Source: Saccostrea echinata
Taxonomy: Eukaryota
NCBI RefSeq assembly: GCF_033153115.1
Contig: NW_026889771.1
Coordinates: forward strand, 7,006,001 to 7,070,000
DNA length: 64,000 nucleotides
Direction: 5' to 3'
The notes below the pieces were generated by a model. That model was not told the origin of the DNA and did not search any database. It saw only the letters and a program-made list of their open reading frames with translations. Position 1 is the stretch's first letter. Each line of letters begins with the position of its first letter. Positions 37,401 to 49,456 of this stretch are shown here, piece after piece. Both the position numbers and the translations under genes were made by a program.

Positions 37401-38735
37401 TTCAAACAAGATTGTGAAACAGCTGTTCCTGTTGTTTGTGGCATAATTAGATCAGGGGCTCTGTGCGATACCAAGTCCTAGACTTGTGTCGAAATTTGAA
37501 GACTTCCAGTTCCTGCTTTTCTTCAAAATGTTTGCAAACAAAAAGTGTTAACCCAGATTAACCAGCAGTCTTTGGTAAGACCTTTTTTTCTCAAAGATGC
37601 AGAATATTTCCGGCAAAAAGGCAGTATTTTTCAACCAATTACAAAGAATGCTGAAGAAAACCCTATCCTCTCAGACTTTTTTTTTAAACATTTGAAGGAA
37701 ATCTTTTAATTTGCCTTAATTCCCATACAAGATTTTCATTATTTCTGCAACTGAAAAGTCTGTTACAATTTCCGCAATCAGCTCCTAACACACTCGAGAC
37801 AGGACACTCTGTCTGTTACTGATAAAGTTTAATGACCAATACCAAGTAGCAGAATTAATTTTTTTTTTGTTTTTAACAAGATACAACTTATGAAGGAATT
37901 TCCTGTTTCTTTCATATTAAGCATTATTATTTGTCTCTTTTCAAGAGAAAACAAAACATGGGTTCTGTCACATTACCATGCTGTTATACACCCAATATTA
38001 AATATATTTAGCTTACAAATTAAAAAAAAAAACAGAGAAAAGAAAAATAATGAACTTAAAAAAACTTTTTAAATAGACATAAAATAAAACCACGAATACT
38101 GATCCCTTCCGACCCGATCCCTTCTGCATTTATGGACAAGTGACAGATAAAGTTTTTGGAAGTCATGAGTTTTGTTTACTCATTCCACATGTTATGAATT
38201 ATAACTGTGTTGGGTTAGTATAACCCAGTCTCTGTTTCCTGAATCAACATGACTAAAAGATTATCTTTTTCAGGAGTGTGTCAAAAATCAATGTGTTTCC
38301 GTGGCATCTAAAACCTCCAACTGAGTTCCAAAACTTCCGATTACAAGGGACAAACTCAAAGGATGAAACACCTTTACAAACATTGCTTTTAAAGAAACTG
38401 CGAATGCGATTTTGAGAATTTTATGCCATAGACAATTAAACAAATGGTTGAAAACAAGACATTTTGTTAATAAAAGATATACGCCATTTCCCTGATAAAC
38501 TATACGGTGTTGACATAACCCCTTTTTAAAAACATAACAAAAAGTTTACTCACCAGCTACGGGAGAAGGTTTTCTTAACACACACCAGCGCCTTTTCCAC
38601 TAAAAGAACATACACTTTCATTAACGAAACACAATCTAAAAATTCGCAAAATAAAACTATGACAGCAATGTTTACCTTTTTTCCATCCCGATATTTCACT
38701 CTGCCCTCTGTCACAATACAGCTTACATCCGACAT
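24439..38735 (-). CDS. DOK7: Dok-7-like PH-PTB docking protein, 8 coding exons, 1633 aa: 38735-38676, 38599-38554, 31222-30992, 30135-29926, 29678-29571, 29256-28526, 28106-25604, 25451-24439
   Basis: Spliced N-terminus MSDVSCIVTEGRVKYRDGKK|WKRRWCVLRKPSPVA|DQLNVQLYK..KIRRSLGE|EDQF..PPKVLAAWQISDLRRFGVVEKKFIFEGGSNCGK|GAGV matches the Dok-7 PH and IRS-type PTB signature (EGQVKLRDGKKWKSRWLVLRKPSPVAD; WKLSDLRRYG; FIFEGGTRCG). All seven introns are GT-AG and phase-compatible; total 4902 nt. The exon 5 donor is the least certain boundary. Confidence 0.88.
25604..28106 (-). CDS. DOK7: Dok-7-like exon 7 (2503 nt, disordered Ser/Pro-rich region with YxN and YxxM motifs)
   Basis: Acceptor TTCCAG| at 28107 and donor CAAG|GTATGT at 25603. 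Contains the 784-aa ORF. Confidence 0.87.
28526..29256 (-). CDS. DOK7: Dok-7-like exon 6 (ends in a predicted coiled coil)
   Basis: Acceptor CTCTCTGTAG| at 29257 and donor AAG|GTAAG at 28525. Lies within the 264-aa ORF. Confidence 0.85.
29571..31222 (-). CDS. DOK7: Dok-7-like exons 3-5 (PH C-terminal part and PTB): 31222-30992, 30135-29926, 29678-29571
   Basis: Canonical splice sites, all phase 1. PTB motif WQISDLRRFG..FIFEGG. Confidence 0.88.
38554..38735 (-). CDS. DOK7: Dok-7-like exons 1-2 (38735-38676, 38599-38554) separated by a 76-nt intron
   Basis: ATG in CCAACATG context; donor AAG|GTAAA, acceptor TTTTAG|TGG, donor CTG|GTGAGT. Encodes EGRVKYRDGKK|WKRRWCVLRKPSPVA. Confidence 0.9.
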
Positions 38736-39278
38736 GTTGGTCCCATTCTTACAATGCCGCAGTGAATGGTATGCACTGATTTAATTGGGCACCTCAAAAC
38801 AGTAGCAGCCGAAGGGGATAGGCTCAAAACTCAATTTCGTGCGGTTAACCAAACCCAAGTCCGCTCCAACAAATACACTCATCCCAGTTTTAATTTTAGG
38901 TCACCTGAGTCACTTGCTTTGAACACCCTAGATTTTTTATTGTCGATTATTCTATAAGTATAGAGATATTTTATAATTATTTGTCGTTTTTAGAAATTTG
39001 TTGATATAAATATAAATTATGCTGTTTTTTTATGGCAACTAAACACACCTATAAATACTTTTTGTGTCTGTGCTTTTATATCAATGTATACTGCTTTTTT
39101 GTTACAAGAATATGCTACTTCTTTTTCATTAAATGACGATGGGTCCTGAGTTGTCATATCATTAAATTAAAAATTTTAAAAATTCTAAGCTACTTTTTAT
39201 TTAATTGACATTAAATTAACTTTGTTAATTCGTATAATTTTTATGGACGGATACAAGTTTGTGAGGGGATCCAAATAA

Positions 39279-39417
39279 NNNNNNNNNNNNNNNNNNNNNN
39301 NNNNNNNNNNNNNNNNNNNNNNNNNNNNNNNNNNNNNNNNNNNNNNNNNNNNNNNNNNNNNNNNNNNNNNNNNNNNNNNNNNNNNNNNNNNNNNNNNNNN
39401 NNNNNNNNNNNNNNNNN
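39279..39417. other. Assembly gap (139 N)
   Basis: N run. Confidence 0.99.
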
Positions 39418-39629
39418 GACGAAGACTGGAAAGCTATTCATTACAATTTCCATTGTTTCAAGTTGTGAGATAAGGGTGACGTCTGCTAGGATCCAATGTG
39501 ATCCCTCAAAATCCAAAGTCATATCTCAGGTACTATCCCCAGTACCCCTAAGTTTTATATTGATCAAGATCAAGATGCAGACCTCGTCAGAGAGAGAGAG
39601 AGAGAGAGGACTATATAGTAATTTATAAA

Positions 39630-40900
39630 AGAACCATAGATCAGAAATTAAAACGAGATGTAACATGTATATTGTCTAGACCCAATATGTTCAAATCATT
39701 CAAATCATAAGGACTTCCATAGAGCATAGAATATGTATTGAAAAGGATTCTTTAGAGCAATCTTTTCTCGCCAAAAAAAGACATCAATTAATCAGTTTAT
39801 ACGAGTTAACGCCACAAACATGTAGTCCAGATTCAGCTTTGCTCAAAGCATATAGCCTCTTGGGCTAGAAGCAGTCACAGATTTACATGAAAATACATGT
39901 ACACGTTCTTTTACAGAGCATCGATCAAGCCTTGGATTCAAATTATTCATCGTATGCAGATCAAAAACCGTATATATGCAATTATTTACATGCATTGCCT
40001 TTCTCTGAATTTGGGATGACTAGACTAGAAGGCATCTCATTACAAATTCATAGAGAGAGAGAGAGCAACTTGATTCAGGCGAACGTTAAGAGCCATGGAT
40101 TCTTGCTTAAAAGTATAAAATCGGTAACCGGATAAAAGTACATGTATGGTGTTCCTAAATCTCAAAAGGATCTTGAAAATTTTGATGATATATATTTCTG
40201 TGCTCCAGAAAACACGCATGATCTAAGATTTGCAATATCTGATAGATTTCTATTTAAAGACATACTGATGGATCAGAGCAATATATTTATGTCCCTCTAT
40301 TGTCCTGTCAGAAGTGAACAACATCACTTGGAGGATTTTTTTTCAATGTTTGATGTTCCCAACTATGTCGACCAGCACCAATGGATACATCTTCCATTGA
40401 AAACCTTTGCAATTACACAGATCGACAAGGAATGTTTACTCATTTAACGCACCTGATCTCATGTCTGATGTTGTTTGCTCTGCTCCCAATTTGTCAGTAT
40501 TATTCCAATGGATTTTTGATCTTGATTATTGTTTGTTTTCTTCATATTTCATTCAGAAATTTATTATCATTCTACATTTATATTACATGTACACTGTTAA
40601 CTGTGTAAATTTATACATTCGTTACTTGATTTGGTGTAGGACATTCTATGAAAATGGAACATCAGGCAAGACAGATGTCGAATACATACAAAGGGGTTTT
40701 GAAACAAACCCCTATGCCCTCCAGCTGCATTTTAGCTACATTGTACATAATATGCATTTTTCTTACGTATTTCTTGAAAGATAAGGTGCTTTGTTTGATG
40801 TTAAAGAGCTCGTGAGACTGATGTAAAATATGTCCTGGATGATGGATAAAATTATGCGATTAACGCCTCTTCTGTCTTTGTGATTGGCGATTGTATTCTA
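39630..40900 (+). pseudogene. Decayed coding-like region of unknown family
   Basis: Consecutive + strand ORFs (39887, 40142, 40407) that read like a globular protein and appear to continue across one in-frame stop and one frameshift (..HGFLLKSIKSVTG*..YGVPKSQKDLENFDDIYFCAPE..FNAPDLMSDVVCSAPNLSVLFQWIFDLD). No family recognised. Confidence 0.4.
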
Positions 40901-41441
40901 CAGTCTTTTTAGAAAAAAAAATATATTTTAGTTATATCTACCAAGGAGGTACAGATGGGAAATGTGCAATTTACCACAAGATACTCGTGAAAATGCAAGA
41001 TTTGTAACATTTACAATGATCTGAAACTGGGTTAAAATATTTAATTGGTAGAAAACCATTTGTAAGAATAGCAGCATATACTATTATACATGTATAATGT
41101 GGCTTGAATACACAGGGTACCAGGGATGATGCCTCTGCACAGTCAATCTTAATGGCAAACCTGTTACTCTAGGTATTCAAGACACCCATTCAAAATACAT
41201 TTTAAAATAATAGGAAAAATAATATAAAGAAGTACATTACATATGATTGTGTACTTAATGCAAAATATATCTTTTTGAAATGTGTTACAGGTATTTTACA
41301 TGAATTTTCTAGTAGAAAATACATACACTGTACATACCCATATACATGTACATATATACAAACACAGTTATACATATGCATACATACACACATTACAATG
41401 CACATACAAGCACACGTATACATTTATATATAAAAGTAAAT

Positions 41442-42184
41442 AAACAATTAAGCAAATTCAAAGAATTGTGGTCCCCCACTTTCTGTGACTTGGTGGATGG
41501 GATGCCATTATTTATAGCATATTGTATCTGTCTTGTTTGTGTGTCCTGTTTTTTCTGTGCATTATACAAAAAAGATATAAATTATTGAAATAATAACAGT
41601 TATGGCAAAGATTATATCTTCTCAAAACTGCATCAAACTTCAAGATCAAGGTCATGATCATATCATAATACAATCCGAAAGGTCTTGTCATAAGTAAGGC
41701 ACATGTGAAAAAAAACAACCAGAAACACTTTAACACGTCAAGTGCTGCACTTGTCAAATATGAACGGCATATCGTATGTCATTCAAAAGAAATCACCAAA
41801 GTTAAAATTTTTGAAAATTATGTTACACATGAAGGTCAAAGGTTAAAAATCACAGCATGATCGGAGACAACTTGTCTCAGATAATGCACATGTCCATTAT
41901 GAAAGCCCTATCTAATCACAATCAAAAGTTTTAAGCAAAGATAAAAATTTTGAAAAATAGGTCAAATTTCGAGGTCACGGGGTCAAAAATCATAGTATAT
42001 TTGGAAAAGTCTTGTCAGGTAATGTACATATATGTAATATGAAAACCCTATCTCTTCTCATTCAAATTTTATGACCAAAGTTGAAGTTTTTGTGACAGAC
42101 AGACTAACAGATGGACAGACTGGCATACAGACGAATGAGATTCAACGTCCCCTCGCCTTCGCGAAATTTAATAAGGGGACAATA
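41442..42184 (+). mobile_element. Helentron-associated (HINE) element, family A
   Basis: Unique head, ~140-bp tandem units, a (GACA)n tract and terminal hairpin GTCCCC...GGGGAC. Reverse-complement homolog of 42309-44816. Confidence 0.75.
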
Positions 42185-42308
42185 ATATTAATAGCAGCAT
42201 ACTGTTGTATGGTGTAGAAAAGGTAGCTTGAATACAGAGGGTACCAGAGGACGATGTCTCTGCATAGTCAATCTTACTGGCAAACCCGTACTCATACATG
42301 TATTTGTT

Positions 42309-43508
42309 AATTGTCTCCGTTTTCGCAAACGCAAGGGGACATTAAATCTCATTCGTCTGTCTGTCAGTCTGTCCATCTTTCAGTCTGTCTAGCTGTCCGT
42401 CGATCTGTCAGTCTGTCTATCACAAAAACTTTAACCTTGGTCATAACTTTTGAATGAGAAGAGACAGGGGTTTCATGTTTCACATGTACATTACCTGTGA
42501 CAAGACCTTTCCAAATATACTACGAATTTTGACCCAGTGACCTTGACCTTGAATTTTGACATACTTTTCAAAAATTTTAACATTACTGTCAGTCACAAAA
42601 ACTTCAACCTTGGTCATAACTTTTGAATGAGAAAAGATAGGGCTTTCATATTATATAATTATGTATATTACCTGTGACAAGACTTTTCCAAATGTACTAT
42701 GATTTTTGACCCCTTGACCTTGAAGTTTGACCTACTTTAAAAAAAAACAAGATGTGTTTGTGAAACACTGATGCCCCCGTATGGCAAATTACAGCAAACG
42801 TTAAACTTTCTCAAATGCAAATCAAATATGTTGGTACCCAAAGTAAGGTCTTGTCTCGAGGAATATACCTGTGAAATATGATATCCCTAGCAGAAACCAT
42901 TGAATAGATATGGAAAAAGTTAAAGTTTTTCAAAAGTAAGTCAAACATCAAGGTTAAGGTCAAATAGTCAAAATTTATGGTGTCTAAGGAAAGGCTTCTC
43001 ACAAGAAATATACAGGTGAAATATGAAAGCTGAAGCACCAATAGTTCAAAAGTTATGACCAAGGATTAATTTTTTCAAAAGTAGGTCAAACTCCAAGGTC
43101 AATGGATTACAATTGTTGGTATCAAAAGGAAGGTCTTGTCACAAGGATTACATATCTGAAGTATGAAAGCCCTAGCACCAACGGTTCACAAGTTATGGCC
43201 AAGGTTAAAGTTTTCCAAAAGTAGGTCCAACTCCAAGGTCAAGGTCAAAAGTTAAAGTTGTTGGTATCCAAAGGAAGGTCTTGTCACAAGGATAACTTAT
43301 GTGAAGTATGATAGCCCTAGCACCAACGGTTTAATAGTTATGGCCAAGGTTAAAGTTTTTCAAAAGTAGGTCAAACTCCAAGGTCAATGTCAAAGGGTAA
43401 AAGTTATTGGTATCCAAAGGAAGGTCTTGTCACAAGGATTACATATGTGAAGTATGAAAGCCTTAGCATCAACCGTTCAAAAGTTATGGCCAATGTTAAA
43501 GTTTTTTC

Positions 43509-43539
<31 letters not shown>

Positions 43540-44816
43540 AAGGGTCAAAGTTGTTGGTATCCAATGGAAGGTCTTGTCACAAGGATTCCACTTGTGAAGT
43601 ATGAAAGCCCTAGCACCTATTGTACGGCCAAGGTTAAAGTTGGGTAAAATTTTGCAAAACTGGGTCAAACTCCAAGTTCAAGGTCAAAAGGTCAAGTATG
43701 GTGATACCCAAAGAAAGGTCTTGTCACAAGGAATACACGTGTGAAAGCCATGGCTCCCACCAATCAAAAGTTATGGGCAATGTTAAAGTTTTTGCGGACA
43801 AACAGACAGACAAGCAGACAGACGGACGGACAGGGCAAAAACTATATATCCCCGAATCTTCGATACGGGGGCATAAAAAACATAAACATCTTTACTTATA
43901 ACTTTTGATTGTGAAGAGATAAAACTTTCATATACATGTGTATTACCTGTGACACGACCTTTCCAAGCTTCTTAAGGTTTTTTACCCCCTTGACTCCTTG
44001 ACCTTGAAGTTTGACCTACTTTATGAAATTTATATATTTGCTTATAACTTTTCATTGAGAATAGCCAGTGAGAAGATGTTTCTCAGAATGCTATGATTTT
44101 TGAACCTTTGGCCTTGACCTTCATGTTTGACCGAATTTTCAAACATTTTAATTTTGGTGATTTCTTTTGAATGACACAAGAGAGGGCTTGCATATTTGAC
44201 AAGTGCATTACCTGTGTCAAAATGGGAATGTTCTATGATATTTGACCCCGTGACCTTGACCTTCAAGTTTGACATATTTTTTCAATCATTTCATCAGCGT
44301 TGCTAACTTTTGAAGGAGCGAAGATAGGGCATTCATATTTGACATATGCATTACCTGTGACAAGCATTTCCAAATGTACTACGATTTTTAATCCCATGAC
44401 CTTGAATTTTGACCTACTTTTCAAAAATTTTAACACTGCTAATAACTTTTGATTTAGAGAAGATATGGCATTTACATTTGACCTGTGCATTACCTGTTTC
44501 AAGGCCTTTCTGATTGTATTGTATTGTATTGGTTTTTGATATTTTTTTCTCATGTGCCTTACTTGTGACAAGACCTTTCTGATTTTATTATGATATTTGA
44601 CCTCATGACTATGATCTTGAAGTTTGATGTAGTTTTGAGAAGCTATATTCTTTGCCATAACTGTTATTAATTCAATAATTTATTTATATTTTGAATAATG
44701 CACAGACAAGACAGTACACACAAACAAGACAGTACACAATATGCCATAAATAATGGCATCCCATCCACTAGGACAAACAAAGCGGGGGATCACAATTCAT
44801 CGAATTTTCTTATTTT
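42309..44816 (-). mobile_element. HINE family A, inverted copy interrupted by a nested family B element
   Basis: 44610-44815 is a diverged reverse complement of 41445-41655 (ATAAATAATGGCATCCCATCCAC). Its (GTCT)n and hairpin end is at 42309-42420. Confidence 0.75.
42746..43878 (+). mobile_element. HINE family B (nested), with ~145-bp tandem satellite units
   Basis: Starts AACAAGATGTGTTTGTGAAACACTGATGCCCCCG. Unit marker CAAAAGTA(A/G)GTC recurs at 42931, 43076, 43216, 43361 and 43508. Ends with (GACA)n and CCCGAATCTTCGATACGGGGGCATAA. Inserted in an A run with no TSD. Confidence 0.85.
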
Positions 44817-47800
44817 ACCCAATATATATTTACAATTACTTGAATTAGGACAAATACAATTTGTCGTTTTTTTTAAATCACGATAATTTTTTCATAAAGA
44901 TTCACACCTTTCTCAATTTATTGTAACAAGACATTTGAAACATTTGTAATCATTTTTACATGCATGGGTAAGACATTTATGACACTGAAATAAGAACATG
45001 ACAACTTACTTACAACCAATAATTTCAAAGATGTGCAACTGTAATTTAAAAATCCATATTTTCAAGTTCTGTTGTAATTTTCGATGTATTTTTAAAGGAG
45101 TAAGTCAAAACTAGTAAATTTAATTGTTTTGCTTCAGTTGTCAAACTTAATTAGTGTGCACTTCTGCATTTTTGTCTTTCACCGAGGACTTTTTATTATC
45201 ATCACATTGATCATCATTTGAAAGTAGTGAGAGGTCAAAGACTGTGTGAAACTTAAAGTAAGACTTTCCATAGCTTTTAGCTCACCAGACTCTAACCAGA
45301 CGGTCCAGACCAAGGTCAAGGTAGGCATAAAGCTAACGCCCTCACTTCACAGCCATTATCTGGTATGTTATAATCATATACATGTATGTAATTCTCATAG
45401 TCTGAAATAAAATTCAACTGATCGAAGTCTTTCCCTCACTTATGAATATCCTCCAGTTTTTAAATAAAAGGCCCGTAGAAAGCGATTTCCTTTTTTTTTG
45501 GGGGGGGGGGGGGGAGGTGCACAGCCTAAATTCTTTGACAAGCAATGAAATAAAAACAGAAACAAAAAAAAAACAACAACAAAACAAAACAAAACAAAAC
45601 CTAAAAAAACAAAAAACAAAACAAACAAACAAAACAAAACAAATCAGAGGTCAAATCAAATGTGGAGGGTGCACAACCGTTCTGGCAAAATTATTGAGGG
45701 GCCACCACTGTAAATTAGCTTTTCTATATGTAGTAGAGTATATACATGTACTAGCAAAATTATTTGGGCACCCCCGTCCCCCATTGGCCTGAACAGCAAA
45801 TTATAAATCCTCAGCTAAACTCTAAATTTTACTGTATTATGCATTTTCTAAAAAAGGAAGTTGTTATTAAACAGTAATTAATTAATAGTAACTTCCATTG
45901 GTATAGCTACTAAATGTATGTATGCTTGTATGCCAAAGAATTCACATTATTTTAAAAAATAATAACAAAAATAAGAAATCGAATAAATACAAAATTCTTT
46001 GAGGAAAGAACATATTTCAATAAATTTGTTTCATTATTCAATTTTTTTTTCTATTAACTCCACACTGCACATTCTGAGGCTCAACGCTCCTAATTATTCT
46101 CCATTTCTGTAGAGCTTCCTGTGGCTTCTCTCCTTTGGACCCGCTTTGTGGAGTGGGGTGAGGTGCAGTCAAAAAAGCATCCACATTATTTTTGCCTGGT
46201 TACACCACTGACTTCCTTTTGTATGAATAGAGTAGAGCATTGAATTGATTATTCGAATGCACTCCCTTCTATAGTATTTTATTAGAAGTTTTAAAAAAAT
46301 ATTTTTCCTCTTGACAGCTTTTAGCTGAAAAAGTGTTTTAAAAAATGATAAGGCTAGTGCAAAGTTAATAAGTTTACTCTTTTGCTCAGTTAAGTTTAAA
46401 TTGTTTCTAAATGAATGACATTTATCATTTATAAGTTTAGAACTTAAGATTAAATCAGGCACAGATTCTTCTTTTACTTAAAACCAGAAGTTCTTACTGC
46501 CTCCATCTCTAATTTTTAAAAGTATGGAATAAATATAAATGTGATTATGAGTTTTACTTTCGTTTGTAATTGACCTTGTCTCACTATTTCATGACAGGGC
46601 CAAGTAAGGGGCGGGGGGAGGGGGGCTGATATTATGCAGGCCCGTTGGAAACTATTTCAGTTAGGAGACACAAAAAATCTATAGCAGAAATTCGTTGACA
46701 AGCAAATTCAGATCATTACGTGTTATTATTTTTGAGGGAGCATTGTTTTCTATTGTATAGCATACTAGCTATAATATACTGGCAGAATTACTAGTATTGG
46801 GGGAGGGATCCTGAGTCGTACGGGTGACGTCTGTATCAAAATACATACATGTATTTTCCTTCTAATACATGTATAATGCTACAAAAAATACAAGTCATAA
46901 GAGGTCTTCATTAACAACATCAAAATCCTTTCTCTGTACTAGGAATGCTTCATTCTGGACTAGGAAGGCTTCCCACATATGAATGTGACAAATTTCTCCC
47001 TTTGTATTGCACACACACGGAGAGAAAGATTGTTCTGATCGCAAGAGCGATAACTCTACAATGTTTGTGCGTGCCAATTTTTCCTTATAGATAAAATGTC
47101 TTAGAGGAAAACAATTAAGGGTTAATTTATCGAGTGTTTCACCAATTGTGCAGCAAGTAATGTTTTTACTTTTAATGAAGTAAAAAAACAGACAGTGTAA
47201 AAATCATTAAAAGTACTTCCCCCCCCAAAAAACAGCCTTCATGAAGATTAATTAGAAGTACATCGTACTTCAAATACATTATACGTATAATGACGATGGG
47301 GAGTTATCATTTACATGTATAATTGATGCTGTATTTAACAGACCTCAATTCAACTACTAGTATAAACATTTATTCTAAAATTCAAAATTTTTAACATATA
47401 ACATGGCATCTATCTCGCCTGTATGCGAATAAGATGCTTTTATCTTGGATGCGCAATTTTTTGGCGCAGTTATCTCTCCTTGTTTCAGCACGAGTTATCT
47501 AACTTTCAATTGTATAACGTAAGCGCTCGTGCTGCAAACTCTCTCTTTGCCGGTTACACGCTAGTTGCAAGGTTGGTGTTAATAAACAATAACGGCTAAG
47601 TGTAGATTTTTAAAATAGCTGCACCACACAGGGTCAAAGTTGAATACAATATATTTCCATTTCTATTTGTTTTCCCTGTGATAACTCTTTGAAAGTTAGG
47701 AGAGTTGATTTCTTGATCATTCCACCGGAATGCAAATTTCGCCAAGCGAAAGGTCAGGAGCTAAGAAGGCCTAATATGCATATAATTCTCGTGCGTCTGT

Positions 47801-47987
47801 CTTTGTGTCTGACTCCAAGGAGGCCTATATGCATGTAATTCTCGTGCGGCTGTCTTTGTGTTTGACGTCAGTGGGCGGGGACTATTGAAATTGACATGTG
47901 AGGCCTCGTGTAATTTAAATCTTATTAGTCTACTTTTTTAAAATCTAAATTTACAATTTTATTTCACAATGAAATGGAAATAATGTA

Positions 47988-48100
47988 TAAGGAATCACTG
48001 TCTTGTTAGTAGAGTATGCCAGGGACATCAACGATAGTTGGAAACGTGGGATAATTTATGATGCCCTGGCATACTCTACTAACTAGACAGTGATTCCTTA
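47988..48100. mobile_element. 113-bp palindromic element (Crypton-like terminal hairpin or MITE)
   Basis: Arms TAAGGAATCACTGTCTTGTTAGTAGAGTATGCCAGGG / CCCTGGCATACTCTACTAACTAGACAGTGATTCCTTA (one mismatch in 37). Confidence 0.75.
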
Positions 48101-48478
48101 AGTAAATATTGTGACAGTGCAAACAAAACTATGTTTATTTTCTTCCTTGACTTCTGCACCTGTCCTCCCAGAGTCATGGATGTGTGAATATTATTGTTGC
48201 ATCGCAAGTTTTTATTATTTGACCTGGACCTCTGCATCTCCCAGGGTCAAGGTCACCTGATATGTTGTATGTGGAGATGTTGTATGTTGATGTTGTACTG
48301 AAATGTTGTTGTTGAGCTTGTGTTGCTGGGATTGCCCGTTGCTTTGGAGGCCCTAAATAATGTGTTGTTATATAATTCAGCCGTGCCCAAAAGCGCCAAA
48401 TAAATATAAAACCCATTAAAGTTTGTGTTTGATTTATTGCGCCTGTCTAAGATAAATGAAAGATAATGAAAACTGAAT

Positions 48479-49456
48479 AAACAAGATGCTGATGCCCCCG
48501 TATGGCAAATCATAACAAAGGTTAAACTTTCTCAAATGCAAGTCAAATAGGTTGGTACCCAAAGTAAGGTTTTGTCTCGAGGAATATACCTGTGAAATAT
48601 GAAAACCCTAGCAGCAACCATTGAATAGATATGGAAAAGGTTAAATTTTTAAAAGTAAGTCAAACATCAAGGTCAAGTTCAAATGGTCAAAATTAATGGT
48701 GCCCAAGGAAAGGCCTTCCCACAAGAAATACGTATGTGAAATATGAAAGCCATAGCACCAACCCTTTAAAAGTTATGGCCAACGTTAAAGTCTTTCAAAA
48801 GTAGGTCAAATTCCAAGATCAATGGGTCAAAGTTGTTGGTATCCAAAGGAAGGTCTTGTCACAAGGATACATATGTGAAGTATGAAAGCCCTAGCACCAA
48901 TTATTCAAAAGTTAAGGCCAAGGTTAATGTTTTGCAAAAGTAGGTCAAACTCCAAGGTAAAGGGCAAGGGTCAAAGTTGTTGGTATCCGAAGGAAGCTCT
49001 TGTCACAAAGGATTACACATGTGAAGTATGAAAGCTCTTGAACCAACGGTTCAAAAGTTAAGGCCAAGGTTAACGTTTTTTCAAAAGTAGGTCAAACGTC
49101 AAAGTCAAAAGGGTCAAAGTTGTTGGTATCCGAAGAAAGGTCCTGTCACAAGGTATATACATACGAAGTTTGAAAGCCCTAGCACCAACTATTCAAAAGT
49201 TATAGCCAAGGTTAAAGTCTGAAAAAATTTAGCAAAAGTGGGTCAAACTCCAAGGCCAAGGTCAAATTTTATGGTACCCAAAGAAAGGTCTTGCGCAAGG
49301 AATATGTTATATGAAAGCCATAGCTCCAACCAATCAAAAGTTATGGGTAAGGTTAAAGTTTTTGCGGACAAACAGACAGATAGACAGACAGACAGACATA
49401 CGGACGGACAGGGCAAAAACTATATGTCCCCGAATCTTCGATTACGGGGGCATAAT
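48479..49456 (+). mobile_element. HINE family B copy
   Basis: Same head (CTGATGCCCCCGTATGGCAAAT), ~145-bp units, (GACA)n and terminal hairpin as 42746-43878. Confidence 0.85.

Noticed and set aside
45414-45792. Hydrophobic or Lys-rich ORFs
   Set aside because: They arise from G runs and (A)nC low-complexity sequence.
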